Shown in pieces: positions 52,917-64,000 of a stretch of 64,000 bases of DNA. Source of the DNA: Chrysomallon squamiferum (Eukaryota > Animalia > Mollusca); contig CM022666.1 in assembly GCA_012295275.1 (NCBI GenBank), positions 15,438,001 to 15,502,000 of the forward strand, written 5' to 3'. The notes beneath the pieces are model-generated. The model did not search any database and was not told where the DNA came from. It saw only the letters and a program-made list of their open reading frames with translations. The translations under genes and the position numbers were made by a program. Numbering within the stretch: position 1 is the stretch's first letter; every line of letters begins with the position of its first letter.

Positions 52917-53883
52917 ACATGTTTTTCATCCTTAAAAAACTCCATTGTCTTTATCCGCAATTGTAATTAATTTTAAACTGCATTCCTGTTTCGATTAATT
53001 TCGTTCACGTTTATCTGAGTTTTTGTATTTTTACATCCGGATAGGAACGGTAGTATTTTCACTCACACAGAATTACAGTTTTATTAATTGTAATAACTAT
53101 TCGAAGTATAATACGCTTTAATTCTATTTCACTACATTACCTGAACGTTTTTGTTATTTATTGTAATTGTTTTTAACTTGCTGATTGTGTTTAGCGCACT
53201 TGTTGTAATACTACTTATAGCATTTATCTTTGTATTATCGTGGTTTACTATTTTCGTTTGAAAACCTTCATATGGCACGTTTCAGTCATTGTCCTTTTAT
53301 TTTAATTTTCATTATTAGGTGTGGTAACTGATAAAGTAAGTATATTTGTAATATAGTATATATTTATAATTTAATATTTAATATAATTATTATATGAAAT
53401 ATTTTTTCAATCAGTTCCATTTTTATTAAAATTAGAACACTTAAGGTAGATGAAATGTAAGAATGTTTGTTTGTGTTGTTTAATATTAAAGTTGCAGTGC
53501 TATTTTATACTGAGTAGTGGAAAGAGTTTAAATACAGGTGAGTTTAAAAAAATGTGTATATATATATATATATATATATCAGATAAATAAAATTAAATCA
53601 ATTTTAAATAAATAGGAAGAGAACTGAATAATGATGATGATAAGTATTTTATTATTTTTAAATTGTGGGTTGACATCATTTTGCATCAGATTTTAAAACA
53701 ACAGATATGTGAAGTAATTCCATCTGGTCATAAAAACCTTACCATCTGACCTACATTATTTACAGAGATTTATTTTTGAAACATTGAAAAAAGAGAAGAA
53801 AAAAGAGCAAAGAAAACAAAATCAGATTTCTAAAGTTCAAGTTTTTTGTAGAAACAGACTATCAATGCTTCTATGTGATTTAG

Positions 53884-58633
<4,750 letters not shown>

Positions 58634-59147
58634 ACTCTTAACAATGACAATTTTTATACAGTTGATATCTTTGTATTCACTCAATAATGAAGTATTTTGA
58701 GTTAAGTGGATTCTCAGTCTGAAATAAAATACCAGAAAGGTACTGTTATATCTGTTGTTGTTGTTGTTTGTTTCTTCCTTAATATTAACAGCTAAAATAT
58801 GTAATATTGATATAATTTATATAAAATAATGAAATATAGATAGTATGTAATTTATATAAAAGAATGAAATATAGATAGTATGTAATTTATACTTTTCTTT
58901 TAATTATAAAGTTTTTATTTCATTTCGTTTTGTTAGCCAAAAAATTCATTTAGAATTTCAAATATTATTTCAAACATTCGTATATTACAAATCTGAACTA
59001 GAAAGGAAATTGTATAAATTTATATATTCTGCTTTAGTTTATTTTGCATTAAATGATTATTTATTTATTTATGTAATTATTTATTAAAAATGTAGAGAAA
59101 AAAAAAAAAAAAATTAACCAATTTTTTAGATAATTATCATAATTACT

Positions 59148-59373
59148 GCCATGTAGGTTGGTACTGAAGTTATTTCCCTTAGACCACATTCAGAAAACGG
59201 TGTAACAGGTGAACATGCATTTGTGTACTGGGAGACACAGAGAAGAGTATATATTGCGAGCAGGGCCTCTAGATAATAATAGTTTATTCCAGTGAGAAAA
59301 ACACAACAACAACAAGAAAAAAAAAAAACACACACACACCCAAAAAAAAAAAAATAAAAAAAAAAAATTAAAA

Positions 59374-59408
<35 letters not shown>

Positions 59409-59630
59409 TTAAGATAAAAAAAAAATTCCTGTTTTAAAAAAAAAAAAAAAAAAATAATAATAATAAAAGTAAATAAACCAAATGTATATATGATTATTAA
59501 AATTAAAGCCATGTAGGCTAGAATTGGAGTTATTTCCCTTGGACCACATTCAGAAAAAGGTTTTAACAGGTAAACATGTATTTGTGTACTCAGAGACACA
59601 CAGAAGAGTATATATTGTGAGCAGGGCCTC
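59148..59630. repeat. About 125-bp direct repeat pair (59148-59270 and 59508-59630)
   Basis: gccatgtagg..agttatttccctt.gaccacattcagaaaa..gaagagtatatattg.gagcagggcctc occurs twice. Confidence 0.85.
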
Positions 59631-59992
59631 CAAGAGAAATTTTGCAACGCGGTACAAGAACCTTTCTCAGGCACCGAGACAGGCAAAGATTTTTCTCAAA
59701 ACTGAGGATTTGATGTCCAGTAAATCTACTTGTAAACTCTCATTAATGCTTTAGTTTCATGATCTGATATAACATAATGTATCAAACATATTCAATTAAT
59801 GAAGAAACATAAATCAGTATTTACAGTTACATTCACCAGTCGCCTTTTAGTTTTTTCACAGTGAAAAGTGTATGAAAATGCAACATGATAAAAAAAAATG
59901 AATTTATTTTATTTTATTTTATTTTATTTTACTTTATTTTATTTATTTACTTTCAAAATTAAGTCTATTTTAATCAGTTTTATTTAGTAGTG

Positions 59993-60026
<34 letters not shown>

Positions 60027-60104
60027 AAGTAGCAGAAGTAGTCACAGTAGTAATAAATAAAAAGCGAACAAATTAAAATTCAATAAAATTAAGACAAATA
60101 AAAG

Positions 60105-60450
60105 TATGCAAGGAAAAAGTAGATAAAAAAAAAAAAAATGGAAAAAGGAATAAAAAAACAAATAATAAATAAATATTAAAATAAAATAAAAATAAATGAA
60201 AGGAAAAAGAATGAAATGCAAAGGAAAACAACAACAACAAATAAATCAATCAATAAATAAAATAAATAATAATAATAATAAATAAATAAATAAATAAAAT
60301 ATCAAACTAAAGAATACTGAATATATGACATCAAACAAGGAAATAGGCAAACAGAAGTACTGGCAGATAGACAGACAAACAGATAAATAAATAAATAAAC
60401 ATTTTGTACAAACATTTATAATTTAACTGTAATTAAATCAGCTTTGAACT

Positions 60451-60517
<67 letters not shown>

Positions 60518-60575
60518 TCTCCTTTAAGTCAATTCATTCCCTCTTTCTCTGCATCTCAGTCATTTCTTCTCTCTC

Positions 60576-60614
<39 letters not shown>

Positions 60615-61075
60615 AAATGAAAAGAGAAGATTGAAGAAGAAAAAAGAAACAAATGTAAAGAAGAACAAAAAAAGGCTGAATGACAGAATACAGGAAAGAA
60701 TGAAGAAGTTAAAATCAAATAAATAAACAAAATAAAAAATATAATAATAATAAATATAAAACTAAGGAAGGAAACAAAGAAGGAATGAATGAAAAATAAC
60801 ACAGCAATCATTTTCTACATAAACATTATACACATTTAGCAGTAAAAACAAAAATCAGTTTTTAGAATATCACATTTATTACTTTTTTCTTTTTTTAAAT
60901 CAATCAATATCCACAGATTTCACAAAACATTACTATTGTCATAATTTACTGCAGTAACAATAAATATATGAAATATGAGATCAGCAATTCATTCTAATAA
61001 AAACTATGTAAATTCTAGTGTCCTTTCACTCATTATTTAAATGAAATCACAGTTTAAGTGTTTAAAATAAAAACT
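60105..61075 (-). repeat. Inverted duplicate of about 50473-51657
   Basis: The same spurious ORF MIAVLFFIHSFFVSFLSF appears at 50849(+) and 60811(-); the reverse complement of 61021-61075 matches 50473-50527. Confidence 0.9.
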
Positions 61076-61225
61076 AATTAAAGGGAGATAACTGATTCGA
61101 TTCAAAGCAAGCATACAGGGGTATTGCAGCCATTAATATGGAGCTGAGACCACTAATTCACAAATAAAATAAAACAACAATAACAAAAATAAATAAATAA
61201 ATAAATGAAGAGAAAAGTAACTTAT

Positions 61226-61290
<65 letters not shown>

Positions 61291-62013
61291 ATTTTCATTT
61301 TATGTGTTAAGATTCTTGAAATCTTGGTAGTAAATAACAAAGCTGTACATGGGACTGAGATAAACGGTAAAGAATTTAAATTTCAAGAGTTTGCCTCACT
61401 GTTTGGTCTTAAAGTTAACACAAGGAAATCTAAAATTGTAAAATTAGGCAAAGACCGTAATGAAGAGCCCGATCAAATAGGTAGAAAAACACAAATTCAG
61501 AATTATTCAAATCCATTTAGTAATAAAATATAACTTTTGACCACTAGTTACAGTTTACAATGGCTCTCTGTTAATAATGAAAAAAATATTATAAATTGTC
61601 TTTACATACTGACCAAGAAATAGTACAAATACCAGAAATTCCTAACTGTTCAGAAGAACAGCTTAAAATAAATGTTTGTAAAAAATAATTCTACAATTAC
61701 TGTATAACAGAAACTACTTGAAAACATGAAATAAAAACGAAAATAAAACGTCCAAAAATAAAACAGGACTGAGTTTTTTTGGTTTTGAATTCTGTGACAA
61801 ATGGAGGAAAAGTGTGTATCTTCTTGCGTTCAAGCTAACTACAGACACAGGACTTAGATATTTTCAGCAGAATATTTTGTTATTTATCTTAGCAACAACT
61901 AAGCATTTCGTATTATATGGTATAAAAGACTGATATAAAGTTTACTGAAGATTTAATCACATATATTCTGTGGTTATAAATACTTCTACTACTACTACTT
62001 CTACTACTAATGA

Positions 62014-62048
<35 letters not shown>

Positions 62049-62887
62049 ATTGTTAATACTAAATACTGCAGCCAAGGCTGATTTAGGATCCTCCATACAC
62101 ACTTCCGCAACAAAACGAGAGGTTCTCGGAGAATTGTTTTGGGGCATCTACACTGGTACTTGAAATCTGTATTATTTCATTTCATTTCATTTATTTATTT
62201 AATTATTTAGGTACTAAAATAATTTTGTATTACGATGATGATAATGATGATGCTAATAATAATAATACTAATAATATTAATAATTACTAAAAAGTTGGGG
62301 TTTCTTTTATTATTTTCATCTATTTATAGAAATACAGAATCTACTAGTCGATAATGCATTAATAAAATATTGGTCGCTAATTTTGTTCCTGTACTTTTCA
62401 TTATTTGTTTGTCAAATAGCATGCGTGAAACTCGTTTTAGTTCTAGAAATTTTTAGAGAAAAGGTAGGTCTAGGTAAAGCTTTGATTTGCAACTTTACTG
62501 TTTTAATTATTGTTGATACTAAACTGTGATAATAGTCATTCCTGAAAATGCACCGTCATATTATTTAAGCACTTACGTCAGAAATCGAAACGATAAAAAT
62601 AACCTGAGTCCTGACTGAGATACTTCTGAGATGAAATATTTGAAATATTTTCAAATTTTATAGTTTTTAGTTGTTTTGAGTTTCATTTTCAGATATTATG
62701 ATATATAAAAGCCCTCTGAAATATTTATATGCAATATAACTTTACAATACTATAAATGTAAAGATGATACAATAAAACCTATACTATTTTGTTTCTTTTT
62801 CTTCTTTTTTTTCTTAATTCATGTTATTTTTATTCTTATTTTTTAAATTTTATTTTATTTTTCGTTTGTTTTCTTTTTCATTGTGAT

Positions 62888-62919
<32 letters not shown>

Positions 62920-63630
62920 CATTCTAAAACTGAAACTTTCTATCTATTTATTATACTTTGACAGTAATTTATTGTGGGTTTCTAAAATATGTAAATACAT
63001 ACCAGAACTATGTCACTGTGACCCTCTGAAAATTCTGTGTACTTCTCAAGACAGTTATTATTTCACACCATGACAGTTAATTGAAACAGAAAAAAAAACC
63101 ATGAAAATAAATGTTGTTGGGTTTTGGGGGGATTTTTTTTTTTAAATCTCTGTTTTAAAAATTATTTTAATGTATTTTTTTGGTGTGCTACCATATACAT
63201 GACCACTGACCTGTATAGTGAAATTCAAACTAAAACTTAAACTGACCAGTAGACCCAAGTGTTTCAGGTTCTGCAACCACATTTAGTTGATGAATATACA
63301 TAAGCTTGTTCCAAAATTCTTTTTTTCTTTCTTTTTTTTTATATCTGTAAACAAACAATCAAGGATTCCATGATTAATGCTTTTGATTTGTTCAAATATT
63401 CTGTCATTAGCCTCTTCACTTTATTTGAATTAAAAAAAAAAAAAAAAAAAAAAAAATTAGACTATTAAATGTATATCTATAATGAATTAACCTAAACATC
63501 ACACTATGAAATACAGACATTTTAAATTAAATATGTTTCATAAAATTTGGTGTACTCTGTTTTCTATTTTCAGTGAAGCTGTTAGGAAATTAAACTTTGA
63601 CACACTGGTCTGTTTCATCATAACTTACAA

Positions 63631-64000
63631 ATGTCTGCCAGTACAAGCAACATTTATGAAGTTTTTGTTTTAAAAGAGGGATATAGTTGTGCGAAGGGTG
63701 CCTGTAAGTTCTTAATATGTTACTTTTTCCTGTATTCTACCATGTTGCATCATGTTGTACGATGACAGTTTACATTACAGTAAGTTGTAAAAGATTTTTC
63801 AAACACATTTGTTAAAACTAGACGTTACAGTTTGGATACAACATGTCTCACGTTTAAGTATTTTTGTGTAGGTGAAAATTAAGATAACAATTATATAGAT
63901 ATTGACACAGATACAGATGTAGATGTATGTTTTTACAGATCAACTGAAAGCTGCAGCCTCTATCACTCTGTTGAAAGGACCTCACATTGTCCTGGTGGAA
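63631..64000 (+). CDS. MBLAC1: Metallo-beta-lactamase domain-containing protein 1-like, first two coding exons (3'-partial)
   Basis: join(63631-63703,63939->64000), gtaagt/ttttacag, phase 1: MSASTSNIYEVFVLKEGYSCAKGAYQLKAAASITLLKGPHIVLVE. This resembles the YxVxVLxxGY..A..S.TL..GP..VLVD N-terminus of MBLAC1 as recalled; the catalytic HxHxDH motif is not in the window. Confidence 0.65.

Overview
AT-rich, microsatellite-dense animal genomic DNA with spliceosomal introns; probably an invertebrate such as a mollusc (inference only). Most entries in the ORF track are repeat noise, and the real genes had to be rebuilt from GT-AG exons. (1) 44-19471, minus strand: a flavin monoamine oxidase (MAO) gene, complete except for its last exon. 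Its exon 6, which encodes the substrate-cavity wall and gate residue, is present as THREE intact, divergent 142-nt copies that can only be used one at a time. This is a candidate mutually exclusive exon cassette giving three active-site isoforms from one gene, and is the main finding. (2) About 26-59 kb: a tandem segmental duplication with two RING/B-box/B-box/coiled-coil/SPRY-like TRIM genes. Copy 1 is intact and copy 2 has a disrupted SPRY exon. Each is followed by ANKRD42 pseudogene pieces, and the region also holds a 200-N gap and an inverted duplicate. (3) 63631-64000: the first two coding exons of an MBLAC1-like gene. All coordinates and counts were done by hand; no searches were run.
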